The notes under the pieces were generated by a model, which did no database searches, was not told the DNA's origin, and saw only the letters and a program-made list of their open reading frames with translations. Positions 23,701 through 37,400 of a stretch of 64,000 nucleotides of DNA are shown here, piece after piece (position 1 is the stretch's first letter; every line of letters starts with the position of its first letter). The translations under genes were made by a program, and so were the position numbers. Origin of the DNA: Owenia fusiformis (Eukaryota); NCBI GenBank assembly GCA_903813345.2, contig CAIIXF020000001.1, positions 27,280,001-27,344,000 on the forward strand, in the 5' to 3' direction.

Positions 23701-26700
23701 ATCAAAAAACAAAAATCAATTACTAACATCTGTATGAGTAATTTTGTTCAACTTGGTGTATGCACATTATCAATAACAATGCCGTAAAAGTAAATAGTGT
23801 AAACAGGGCCGTCAGATGGGGGGGTGCAATGGGTGCGACCGCACCCCCCTTTGTCACCCCCCAAAATAAATTTGAAAAAAAAATTGAAAAAAAAGTTTTT
23901 TTTTGAAAAATATTTTTTTTGTAATTTTTTTTCATTGACTCATACACTTTGAAAGTACCCAGAAAGCACCAAATAGCATCTTAAAATTGTAAAATTTTCT
24001 AGGGGTATTGGCCACCCCTCACACCCCCCACAAAACAATGGAAAAGTTCTAAATTTATTTTAGAGTTTTGTCCCAGACACTTTAAAAGTGCCCAGATATC
24101 ATCAAATAGCTCCTTGATATAGTTAGTGTTTCTGGGGGACTTACTCCCCCTCTTGCATCTTGCACTTGTATAACCCCCCCCCCCTCTGGCGCCCCCCCCC
24201 TTGACCCCCCCCCAAAAAAAATTGTGATTATCTCAAATTCTTTTATTGACTCATACACTTTGAAAGTGTAAATTAAATTAAATAAATTTGAAAAAAAAAT
24301 TGAAAAAAAAGTTTTTTTTTGAAAAATATTTTTTTTGTAATTTTTTTTCATTGACTCATACACTTTGAAAGTACCCAGAAAGCACCAAATAGCGTCGTAA
24401 AATTGTAAAATTTTCTAGGGGGAGTGGGTCACCCCCCACACCCCAAACAAAACAATGGAAAAGTTCTGAATTTGTTTTATGTATTGTCTCAGACACTTTT
24501 AAATTGCCCAGACATCATCAAATAGCTCCTTGATAGAGTTAATGATTCTGGAAGACTAACACTTACTCGCCCTCTGGCATCCCCACTCCACCTCCCCCTC
24601 TGGCAGCCCCCCTCCCTTAACACCCCCCTAAAAATATTGAGATTTTCCAAATTCTTTTATTGACTCATACCCTTTGAAAGTGCCCAGAAAGCACCAAATA
24701 GCATCTTAAAATTGTAAAATTTTCTTGGGAAATAGGCACTTTTATAGCACAGACACTTTTAAAGTGCCCAAACTTCATCGAATAGCACCTTGATATTGTA
24801 AATTTTGATATGGGGGACAAATTCTTGCTCCCCCTCTGGCATCCCAGCCCCACCTCCCCCTCTGGCACCCCTCCCCCCCTTTGACACCCCCAAAATTTGA
24901 AAAAATTGTGATTGTTTTTCAATGTTTTTATTGACTAATACACTTTAAAAGTGCCCAGAAGCACCAAATATCATCTTTAAATTGTACAATTTTCTAGGAG
25001 AGTTAGCCACCCCTCACATCCCCCACAAAACAAAAGAAAATATTCTGAATTTCATGTATTGTCTCAGACATTTTTTAAGTGCCCAGACATCATCAAATAG
25101 CACCTTGATATGGTCAATGTTTCTGGGGGACAGCCCCTTGCTCCCCTACTGGCACCCCACCCCACTTCACCCTCTCATCCTCTTTGACACCCCCAAAAGA
25201 ATTTGAAAAAAATTCACATTTTTCTTATTGACTCATAACGCACAGGCGTACCAGATGGTTGCAAATTCGCTCCAAATACAACCAAATTTCAGAAATTTCA
25301 GACCCCCCTGAATGCTCGGTTTTTTATTCACTCAACTCTTATTCCCGTGGTGATGGCGTACTACTTAGAAACTTACACTTTGAAAGTGCCCAGAAAGCAC
25401 CAAATAGCATCTCAAAACTAAAATTTTCTAGGGGGAGTGGACCACTCCTCACACCCCCCACAAAACAATTGGGACGTTTGGAAGTTGCATGCATTTGTTA
25501 ATTCCAAACCAATATAGGGAGTAACTGACCCCCCCCCCCTCTGTCTTACGCGATTTGATTTACGCGGCAAAAAAATGACAATTTTATATTCTCTTTAGTA
25601 AGCTAAAAACCGCACCCCCCTTGGAGAAAAGTGTCTTACGGGCCTGGTAAATAAATAGATAACACCTGTATTTCATAACATTTCAATTGAAGGGCAGACA
25701 TACCCTAAAACGAACATTTCAACAAAAAACTCAAAATCTCATTTCAATTGCTGTTTTTATAATTTTTCTTTATAGTCTATGATGATTAACATATTTATTA
25801 CTATTTATTTCACCCATGATGGTAAATAAAGTAATGTTATCAAGAAATTTTGAATGCTATTTGTTTTGTGAATCAAAGACTCCTGCTGAGTAAAATTTCA
25901 AGGTGAATAAAGAGGACTTTAAAAGGAGAATCAGACCTAATGGGCAACCTAAACAAAAATTGTTTCAATATAAGAATATTCTTGGCTAATATCATTTCTA
26001 TTTTCTAAAAATCCCCAAAGTGCATATTTTAAAACAAAAGATCTTTACAACATCGTATCATTTTTCTATAAATATGGTTATAATATTTATCATTTGGAAG
26101 AATTTAAACATTTTCCACATTTTCACACTTAACAATTTCTTCCCCATTTGATAGCATATCACAAACAATTTTGGAAATATTATTGGGAATAGGTCATTGT
26201 ACATGTTGCTTATGATTTTATCACCCTTATAGCCCTTATAGATCTGATTCTGCCTTTAATGGTATTCCCATAAGTCCAATAGACCCGAGCATCGCCCTGG
26301 AGATATTTCTTTACAAAATCATGCAAGATTTTTTATACATGTATTTAGTTTGCAACACCAGATTAACAAATGAATAGCACTGAAATAGCTAGACGAACAA
26401 AAGTTCAAGTGCATTTATGAGATAACATAGTAATTAAAGCCAAAATATTAGACTTTTTACTTGATGACTTAAGTGGTAGACACAACAAAAACATCAGTAT
26501 GTCTGGTCAATTAGCACAAACTAATAAATCAGAATGGATTAACTATTTTGAGATCTCATACATGCATATATACACATAAAATCTTACTGATAGGACAAAA
26601 TCACCATTGACAGCCTTGACCAGTCACCAAAACATATTAGTACATGTAGACATAACTGTTGATGAAATGTCAACACTTGAATCATGCGGATGCCCCATCT

Positions 26701-28066
26701 GTTTCTTATGGTTATTACTCTTGGCAAATTTGGAGATATTTAAGTCAAAACAGAGTGAAAAAAATGTTTCACATTTGCTTTCAAGAACAGAAAACATGCA
26801 TTAATTGCTTTTATTTGGTGAAAGTCAAATATATATATTGTACAGTCAGATGTATGAGACAAATATAGCTATGCCACCTAGCCTAGTACATGTATTTTAA
26901 AAGCCTCGAGTCCTGTTGTCTTACCCTGGTCCTCCCTAATAGCTATGGTGAGATAAGTAACAAAGCCGCATAGTCCAGCCAGTTGAGTGAAGCAGCCTAA
27001 GAGCATGTAGAATCTCAGTCGGTACCCCCAAACTTTCCAGACGCCGCGTATGTACAGAATGTGCACCGCAAGTGTTATAGCAGCAAATATACCTGGAAGC
27101 AGACAAAAATGACATCACTTCCAGTTGTAGTTCCAGTCATGGCCATTCAATAAAGAGCCCACTTTGTGCACAGTGTATTTAAAATTTCTCACCAACCTCC
27201 CTCATCTGATTGGGTTATATACTTTATGTATGTAAAATGAAAAGTTTCGGAATATGTTGTGACGGTTGTCTATCCATGGGATTCTGCAGTCTGTTACACT
27301 GCTTCAAAGGCAAGCAGTTAAACCTAAAATATAAGAAATCTAAATAATATTGTGCAATAATATATAAAAAAATATATTCATATTGCACACGAATGATATT
27401 TGTATATGTTGGGTTGCTTGTAAATTGGCTCATAAAGTCTGTAACCTTTTATATTTTGATGCTTCTCTACCATGTTAATTCTCAAAAAACATGGCGGACA
27501 GAACTCAAATTACAAGAGGGCACAGGCTTACTGCACTAAACACTAAATAATCTGAAATATACAAATGTCATTCGTGTGCAATGTGAATATATTTTTCTAA
27601 ATATTATAGCACAATGAGATAGATTTCTTATTTTTCAGGTTCAACTGCTTGCCTTTGAAGCAGTGTAACAGACTGTACAAAAAAGATTTTTCTGTTCTCA
27701 GGGTTTTGTTTGGAGTTCAAAGACCCAATAATTTTGAATTTGAAAAATTGTTAACAAAGGTTATTTTTAATTGCTCAAATGAAACCAACATATTTTTGAA
27801 AGCTCTTGTTCAAATAAAAATTTGAACTTTCATAACAAAATAAAAACCCGGAACTGATCTTTCAACAAAAAAAGTGTCTGCATTTCAAATAGATTTTATA
27901 TGTTAAATAAGAAATGATTACCAGAAACGAGTCCCCAAACACCAGCATCAACATTTTTAAAGTGAAATGTAAATATAGGAAAGACAATTAATCCGACGCA
28001 TATTCCAATAATTGCCAAAGTTATGCGCACTCGCATGGCACATTTTGACGGCTCCATGTTAGACAT
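20721..28066 (-). CDS. SLC48A1: Heme transporter HRG1 (SLC48A1 family), complete, 164 aa; exons 28066-27922, 27092-26925, 20902-20721
   Basis: Four hydrophobic segments; WGLVSG-IFAAITLAVHILY (TM2 His); C-terminal YARSY (compare human YAHRY, nematode FARKY); YEKL sorting motif. Both introns are phase-1 GT-AG; 495 nt total. Confidence 0.88.
22222..22395. mobile_element. Small foldback MITE
   Basis: CACCCTATGCAGA...TCTGCATAGGGTG with further internal inverted similarity. Confidence 0.6.
23804..25646. mobile_element. Non-autonomous DNA transposon with internal ~300-bp C-tract-rich tandem repeats; 5-bp flanking repeat GTAAA
   Basis: GTAAA|CAGGGCCGTCAGA...TCTTACGGGCCTG|GTAAA; unit TTGACTCATACACTTTGAAAGTGCCCAGAAAGCACCAAATAGC recurs near 23935, 24351, 24660, 24930 and 25375. 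Confidence 0.75.
27287..27675. mobile_element. Foldback MITE in HRG1 intron 1 (same family as 58801-59182)
   Basis: CAGTCTGTTACACTGCTTCAAAGGCAAGCAGTT... is mirrored by ...AACTGCTTGCCTTTGAAGCAGTGTAACAGACTG. Confidence 0.8.
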
Positions 28067-28292
28067 CTTGTGAGACACCAAATGTTATTTCGTACAATAG
28101 ATTTTTCCAATTTTTTTTTATTAAGATAGCTTAAGATGTTTGATATTTTTCAAAATCCCATGAGATTTTTATGATTCATATATAATTATGGTAAGTATTA
28201 AATATGATAAACTATACATATTTTATCAGGCGTAAATTTTAATTCGGAGTCAAACTGACACAACTGTATAAACGCGACACCAATAAAGCATC
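28067..28292. promoter_or_regulatory. Putative bidirectional promoter between the HRG1 and ADAR2-like genes
   Basis: Divergent ATGs at 28066 (-) and 28293 (+) are separated by 226 bp; CpG is locally more frequent than in gene bodies (by eye). Transcription start sites are not determinable. Confidence 0.6.
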
Positions 28293-28404
28293 ATGGCAGG
28301 ACGAAGAACAAGAGCTAGCTCTCGCACACCGAAGAAAGAGGTTAAAGAAGAAACCAAACAAGAGATTACGGAAGAACCTATGCAAGGAGAAACCGTCCCA
28401 ACTG
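28293..28404 (+). CDS. Putative first coding exon of the ADAR2-like gene ([20 protein letters not shown]...VPT)
   Basis: Good Kozak context (ATCATGG), strong donor GTGAGT at 28405, phase match to 63083. Confidence 0.62.
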
Positions 28405-31400
28405 GTGAGTCAACTTCAATCACTTTTAAGTCTCATCTGAGGACACAAAAGACACCGGAAAGATTTTCTTCGTTTTGTTTGTTTTGAAATTCATTTTCAT
28501 TTTAGATCCTCTGAAGAAAGGCAGTTCTCATATCAAAGTAGCTTTATGAATGATACAATGCCTCATGTACGCATATATTCAAGTAAATCTATATACTGTG
28601 CACAGCTTTTCAAAATGGATTATTCACTAGCTACACAGTCGTGCATCAAGTCAGCTTGGTTTAGGTTACTTCGGTCCAAAGCCTTCTCTATATTCCGGCT
28701 TTGAGGAGGAAGATTGAGCTGCCTTAGTATTATAAATATTGTAAATCATTGTGTCACACGCACAGTAAATATGGCATAATAATATGAAATATACCTTTAT
28801 GTATAGATTTGAAGAACATCAGCTCACATCCCCGTCTGAATCTATTGTTATATTTGATTTCTTTAAGCGAGAATAATTTCAAATGTTATTCACGTCCAGA
28901 ACCGGAAGCCATTTTTAGCTACAGCGAGAAAATTTCACCATGTGTCAAAACTCCGAAATGAAATTTTGAAATATCTAAATCCAGACAAGCAACGCTTCAT
29001 CCTAAATATGATTAATATTCTTAAACATATTTATAAAATTTATTAAAAATGAGTTCTAGGTGCGTGTAGTTGCGTGTAGCACAGTACATACGAAATCAAT
29101 GAAGTTTCGTCTAGCTGTAAGCTAGAGACTCGAGTAAGGTTTAGGAAACAGGGCCACTCAGTGATTTTGGTCCTGTGTTATCCTCCTTACTCGTGCCATG
29201 TTAGATTTTGAAACTTATTGCTCTCCAACAGTGAAATGGACGGCTGAATAATAGTGACCTTTGAAACATGAATCAAGTTGATCTGCTGCTTACTTTTGTT
29301 CTTTAACTTATGTCATACATCATTATCATTCTTCCGTTCAAGTATTGGAGCGCTGAAAGACTTCCTTTTCGATCAAGACTTGTAATTGTTAGTCGAGTGA
29401 ATGTTTTTTCTGCCAAATTCCAATATGGCGTTTTCTGCTTGGACATTTTCGTAAATCTCTGGAGGTTGCCTCATTCTCAAAATTCATTTCGTTCGTTGTG
29501 TATCTCACTCCCAGCAAACCGGCAAATTGGAAATAGGTTGAAAAAAACATTCACTCGATGAACAATTTACAAGTCTTGATCGAAAAAGAAGTATTTCAGC
29601 GCTCCAATACTTGCACGGATTGATGATACTAATGAAAGACACAGTTAGAGACCAAAAGTAAGCCCTGGATCTCATTATTCATGTTTTAAAGGTCACTATT
29701 ATTCAGCTGTCCAAGTGGGCCATGGGAAAGCTATTATATCAAAATCGACATAGCTTTCGCAGGAAGTAATTATCCCCCAACTTATCAAGTGGTTGCTTGG
29801 TTGAGCCACTTGGTGCAAGGTGAATTATAACTGGGTGCAACTGCAAGTAATTGCAAGATGTACAACTGGATATAAGGTGATTTACAACAACTGTAGGTGT
29901 ATGGTGACTAATAACTGGGTGCATGTTGATTTCAGAATTTTCATATGTACCAAAACTGACACCAGGTTTTGTTGTTACAAACGCTGGTTAACTCCAGTCC
30001 ATTTAAGAGGATGCTTTGTCACAACAATATGATGTACGCTATAATCATCTCGAAGTTGAATCAGCTTCTCTTGGAACAGGCCAAGACATCACTTTCAACC
30101 ATGTTCTCTGATACTAATGGACATTTAGTAGAAAAAGACTTTTAGGCAGTGTTAGAAGATCTCATTTGTCAAAATAGCATGCATAAAATGTTTTAAAAAT
30201 GTGATTACCGAGTAAGTCACTTAAAATGTATGTTATGAATAATCGAAGGGGATATGAAAAATGCAAGTTAGTATGAAGCAAAACAAAAGTAAGGGAAATA
30301 TATATTGGATGGAGGATATGAACTAGAGAAAATACTCTGGCATACATCTCTGTAGTTGGGGACCACAGATAATTGAAGGAAAACCACTTACCCCTTAATT
30401 TGACATTTTTACAAATGCAAGAGCAGACTAATGCCAATATCTGAATAGGTTTTGGGCATGATAGTATTTTGCTTTGCAAATGCAATATTTATCTCTTGTG
30501 TTTTACACTAGATTGACATTGCTTATGTCAAACCGTCAGTGTATAATGGCCATACTTATGGGGAAGTAGATAATGGGTTTATTTGAACCTGCCAGAAACT
30601 TGGTACAAGACTTAGAGTGTCTTAAATGCAAGTAGTGGCTTAATACACCTGTTTTCATAAAGGCAATTTTGCTTCAATAGTGACTTACACTACAGATACC
30701 ACATTCTGACATTTGCACATATATGTCCTGATTTCTTGAAGTAAGACTACATATTTATGAAGATATTTACTGGTCAGTTAGTAACTTGTCAAGTATTTCA
30801 TAGATTTAACAGAATAAAACAAGAAGCATGATTAAAGTTAACCTACAATTAATCTACAACGTAGTGTACTATTCATAATTGAAGAACTGAATCTCAACAT
30901 TGGTTTTTGCCTTTGTTTATAATAGTTGTGCAAATACATGTACTACAGTACTAGAATCAATGGCGTCTGGTTAGTATGACCTTGTCATACTGCAGCTTGT
31001 CAAACTATTGTGTTTCTTATTATTAAAGCACTTGGTAGAAGTGATTCACTCCTAGAAGGAGATGTAGATTTTTTAGAAACTGATTTTTTTTTTATTGAAG
31101 CACATTTCTTATATGGTCTTATAAGCCTTGTATGGAATTATCAATGCTATTATTCAAAATGGATCTCTAGGTTGGTGTGACCTTGATGGCATCTTTGAAC
31201 CTTGGGAATTATCCTCCTTTTTAAGCACCTAAAACTTGATATTTTTGCATTGATTTGGTTTAAATCATCGTATAAAGGCGGGATAAAGAAAAAAGTAAAA
31301 ATGTTAAGTGTCAGAATAATAGATTAATGTAAATTATATATGTGCAGTTTCGTGAAAGATGAAGTCTAATTATGAAAAATATCAAATTTGACACCAAGTC

Positions 31401-34400
31401 TCTTGAGAGATGAATCTTGCAATAGTTTTATATATTCTACATCTGGGTATTAGTTTGAAGTCAAATCCCCTCCAGTGGAAAGAATTTTCTACAAAATGGG
31501 CAAATACTAGAAAGAGATGTTTTTGAATTTAAGTCTCTTACTTGCAATATATTATCTTGTAATTGCATTCTAACAGTTTATTCTTAAGTGCTGTATTGAC
31601 ATTTAAGTATGATATTGTATTTGCATATCAGCCATGTAGAATAGAGGTAATAGCAAAGTGTTATATGACATGCAGTGATCTCCATGTAGGATTTTTTCTC
31701 AAGTGGGTGCAAAATTCTCTTTTTTACAATCAGACCAAAATTGGTCAAAATATGCCCATTTTCATGATTTTTCTCATTTTCAAGCGGGTGAAATGGATTT
31801 TCAGGTGCGTACAAGCCTATTTTCAAAATATCAGGTGGGTGCTACGCCAACTTGCTTTAATGCTGGGGAGATCACTGACATTTTAGAAAAGTTCATTAGT
31901 CAACTGTAGCAGACCTGCCAATGTAGTAGTATATAGAGAGATGGTTACAACTTATCTACCCAAACTTTGGGTTATTGAGAAGTTGTCCATTTTTTTTATT
32001 TCTGTCAAGGTAAAAACAAATACCAGGATACAGAATTTAGTTCAAGTTTTATAGGGTGATGTTTAGCATAGAATCTTTGCTTGAGAAGGAATTTTCAATA
32101 TGTCCTATTGGCAAGAAGGAATTTTAAATATGGTATGTCATGTCATGTCCAGCTACAAGACAATACTACTATACACATTGATTTTTATCATGAAATGTAA
32201 CATGATGAGTGTATTCTGTGGGATTTCCTACTCTTGGGAGTTGCTGTTTTTCTGATTATATTACGCCTTGGGAAAGGTGGCCTTTACATATTAGACTACT
32301 GCGGTTTCTTTAGTCTAGTTTTTACCACCTACTAATTCAATAAATTATGATTTCCTGTATTGATTGTTGCCAAAACTTTCAATATGCATAATTTATACTA
32401 TTTGCTTGTCTTTTTTCGAGGGCATGGCTCTCATTCTTAGCATGTCATACATTCACCAGCTACATGTAAAGATCTTGATCATGGTACTGTAGACGGCTCA
32501 ATGCAATATGCTGGATACATCCATAAAACACATTATACATAATTCGAACATGACTGTATTCACGCCTTCTATAAACTGTGAACAAAGTCAATGCTTCAGC
32601 TGGGTTATATTCGAGATCAATGCCCCAGATCTGTACTAGTGTTTCGTTCAGTGCACTCAATGGTCAGTTTGGGCTGTTCCGCTCTTTTTTGCAAAATTCA
32701 ATTTTTATATGGATATCCGCTGTAATTTTTTTGTTTCTGTGCAATATAGAATTAATTTCAATAATTATCAATGTAGTAGATATATGTGAAACCAATGAAA
32801 TAGGCCGAAATGTCAATAAAAAAGTCAGGGTCAGGAGGTAAGTAAACAAATTGGAACAGCCAAACACTCAACTGGAAGTGGAAATGAAAAAAGTAGAAAT
32901 GAACATCGAAACTGACGATTTTGCAATATTCTGGTGAGTTTTCATGTTCGAATCGTAATATAGACCTCAGAGCAGGGCTACTAGTTTTGAATACACCCCT
33001 TAGGTCTAGGCACAAAAGCTTTCGGTCGTTTGGGGTACAGAAAACGTTTATGCTTAGACCTGCAGGGTGTATTCGAAACTAGTAGCTCTGCTCTTTGGTC
33101 TATATTTCTTCCATCTCACTGAATTATGCAACGTTAAGACGATATATGAGCTAGCATCCAGTAAATGTGAGTTAATTTGATACATGTATTTGTTTTCAGC
33201 CAATTAATAATGTCTTTATGGTTTTCGTAATAGTTTTATTTCATAGTTTTATAGGCTTGTCAGAGTAATTAGCAGACAACAAAGTATGATCAATTTTAAA
33301 ACTGAATTTCTACAAAAATATCCTGATATATTTAGAATGTAGAGAACTAATTTGAAACATTTCAGTTCTTGTTAATCTATTGATAGATAGATTAAATATG
33401 GCAATATACAAGTAGCTATTAATATTGTCATCTGACAAATTGCTTTTTACCACAAGGTTACGATGATCTTGAACCTAGAAATAGATTTAGGATTTTTTGT
33501 TATCAAATATAGATTATGGGTAATTTCTCTGTTTTTTCTTCCTGATCAATTCTGCTGATCCAGTCTTGTATGAAAGAAGTATTGTGGAGTGCTATCACAG
33601 TTCTTATTCTACATTAATTTTTCTTTATTTTGGCCATTTTATATCTAAAGTAAACTTTACTTCATACCAGACTACTACTCATTGCGAGACTCTTTAATAC
33701 TAGGCGCCATCTATTGATTATTTTTGTGTTTACAACATGAATCAAATAATAGATACCTTATAGAATTCTGATTTTTCAGTAACCATTCTCCAAACTTATC
33801 ACAGGTAGAATTATATATGTCGGGTAACAGGGGGTTCATAAGAATAGCTGATGACAGCAAAACAAAAGAAAAACAGGCACAATCACTGAAAATTGAAATG
33901 GTTAACAGTTACAAAATTTCATTGTCAACAGTCAATTTTTATAAAACCAGCCAAAGAAAATCAACTGCTGCTATAATACTCCTTGGTCTGTGAATATTAT
34001 TACATTGGCTGATTGTGTTAGAGCTATATTCATTCAAGGAAGTCTATACCCAACATTGAGAGTATTTGCTTACTTCTCAAGGTCAACTTAGATTTCTAAG
34101 TTATGAAGTTTTCATGATTGAAAATCAACTGTTTCTATCTTATGTTTCCATTTTGTTCCACTAGTTTAAAAATATACAAGAAAAAATTAGCAAAGTTTTA
34201 TACAAAGTATAAGCAGCATTTTTCATAAAGAAAGGGGAATATATACAGGGTGGGCCAAAAAAATGCCACTTTTTTTTCAAGACACTACAACTTTTTTATT
34301 TTCCAACCTACATACCCCAAACTTTGCAGTTATATAGTGCCAGTTGTTCTTAGTAATAATATAATGTAACAAGTCCTTCAACTTGGATTATATCTGATTT

Positions 34401-37400
34401 AAAAGAGGAGTTCAATTGGTCCGCCACCTTATTTGATGATATGTTTTAGTTTTAGTCACCTCGCTGATATAGCAGTATCAATGAAATGTTAGCTTAGTTT
34501 TTTTCAACCTGTCTTAATTGTCAGCTTTAGTTGAGCAATTTTCAAGATTGGGTGCCTTCATACAATCTCCTAAGACCTTCCCATACCCTATACTCACTGG
34601 GATTTGCATCAGGACTATTACCTTGGCGATCATCAGGCCATATCAGTTCAGGAACATTTTGCAAATTATGCTTATTTCTCATGGCACACCACATGTTTAA
34701 GTGAGATGCTGGTGACATATTTTCTTCAAGTAAAAGTGTTCAATTCATGATACATGGCTAGATAACAACCTCAAGTTTCATTTGGTACGCAAATTATGAT
34801 TTTTGTATCAAACATTAAAAAAGTTATAGCATTTTGAAAAAAAAGTGGCGTTTTTTTGGCCCACCCTGTACATGTGTTCTCATCTGGAAATACGGGTCAA
34901 GGTGTAACAATTAATCAAACTGCTTAAGGGAGTATGTTTCAAGGTTGTTAGTTTCAATGTTATGTTGATGTTCCATGTTCTTACAGACTTTTGTTTTATT
35001 TTACATTCTAGAACAGTTGTAATTCCTTGTGTTATCTTCTCCTGTTTTGACTAGTTCCCAGATTGTATATTGTTTATCATGTCAGGTGCACTAGTGTATC
35101 TTTCCACTGGGATGTACTGTAACACAGGAACAGTGATTAGAGTAAGGTGTTCATCATGTTCTTTGTTTCGGTTACAGGAAGTGTCTTTTCGAATGGTTTT
35201 TGGGATGGAGGATTATCTGAGAGTGTTCGCTATAATGATTTCTAGATCTGTGGGTTTTCTTTCATATGGAGGAAGATGAGTACGTACGTTCAGAACAATT
35301 AGTATGTGATAATGATAATCATTATTTTGTAATTTTGAAACTTATCTTGACCGAATGGTCATTTTTGTGGAAATGGTTACACCTATTCATTGAAGATAAT
35401 GTACTTTTTTAAATAATGATGCCAGGATATTTTTTCTTTTTCTATTAACCTTGGCAAGTCAAGATGTGTTCATGGCAAAATAACTCTTACAACATCTGTA
35501 AGGTATCTCTAACATTAATTGGAAAAATATAGTGACTTTGTAAAGGAGCTATGTTATTTAGCTTACTCAGTTTGTAAATATGGTTCTATACTCATCAATG
35601 GTTGATCCTGGAGCTAGTCTTGCTTCAAGACCCTGGACTATTTATTCTAACAACTGGACAATAACAACTTATGTCACAAGGGTTTGTAGCAAGACTATCC
35701 TGAAGCTAATGTGGCCCCCATTCTGGCGAATACAAGCTAAGCTATCATAACATAAAACTTATTTACATATGTTACAATATACATGTACTATTATTGTGAT
35801 GCACCCAAAATGCTAATCTCCAGGCAAGTTTAAGTTTTTGAATGATTTTGTAATTAAAACTTCAAACTTGTTTCCTAGTTATTCATATATATTAATCATA
35901 CAAATATGAAATTCTTAATATAAAGATTCTGACCCTATCTGACTCATTTAGCTCTTCATTAAGTTAGGAATCTAGAAAAATTGGAAAACCCAAATCTTTT
36001 CATTCTCTGAATAATTTAATTCCCCATCTTGGTATAGGTTTATCAAAAAGTCATTTATTTTCCAAAATAGAAAAATATTCTCTCTTTTCATGGCCTGGAT
36101 TATTATTTTTATTTGATATTAAATAATGATAACAATGATACATATAGCTTGGTAAAATGAATGAAAACAAAAAATTTTATTTGCCTAATTTAGTTCTAGC
36201 TAAGTCGTTTGTATATATCAGCATGCTTGAATGAACCCTTTATGTCTTATACATTTATCCCATTCATTGATCGCACTCTGAAGACCCCTTAGACAAATCA
36301 TCTGGAGACCTTGAACAATTTTAATCATCTCAAAAGACCCACTTGCCTCATTAATATGGAAATCCAACCCTCTGATTTACTCTGTGCTTTTCCTGGATCA
36401 AATGAATAAATCAATCCATGAATTTATTTTTTGTGAGATAAGAAAAAGTCAAGTTGTCCCAAAGTCAGAAATATACAGTACCTTGTATGATATATTAGGG
36501 AGGGGGTTGGAGGTTTGATGAAAGGCAAGTATCCAAGGTATGTTTTTTTTATTGTTATTTCATGTTCACATGCCTTGGGTTATTGAATGCTACAAATTAC
36601 ATGTGTCACTGACATCATCAATCATAAATAAATGTTGTCATGGCAATTTTCTACCAGTATTGCTTAAATTTTTTATCTGTTTTCATTTGAAGAATGTTAT
36701 GTATGGGCAGTGCCATCCTTTGGGGATGAGGTTAATATTTTGATTTGTCCACATATGTACACTTATCTTGTTTTAGGGAGGGGGTAAATGTCTATTTGTT
36801 TCAATGTGAATCTGAAATTTAATTAAATAGATCTTGAGATAACAATTAAACATTAACTGGCCCCTCATAAAATGATTTTTGAATGAAGTATATCAGGTAG
36901 AATTTTTACTTGATAATTATTAAGTTATAGCAGTAGCAGGTTTTGCTTGCTGTAAGACAGGTTATTAAAAAGATAAATATTCTGGCAGTTATGAGGTTAT
37001 ATCGGAGCAAAAAATGCAAATGAGATTAGGGCTATGATTAGGCTGAATCAATTCCATGTAGCAATAAGCTGACTGCCATCAATGTTATTGAATAAATGAA
37101 ATCATCTAATGTAAACCATATACATCACTATAGACATTTACGTTCTGAAAGCAGACAAGGGCATCATGTCCGAAGCATGCTTTATATTGAGAACTTTGAT
37201 AGATATCTCCACAGACAGACATGGTATAATAGGTTAAACAGAAGGTATATGATACAATCGAGAACCATCTTTAGAGTAATCTGAAGCTTTTGCTCTTTTT
37301 CTAAGATCTTAAGATGTTATCTGCTATTATCATTGAACTCCAGGAAAGGAAAAAATCCAGAATGTTTTTCAGTACATTTCGTATGCTAAGTCTGATTGAT

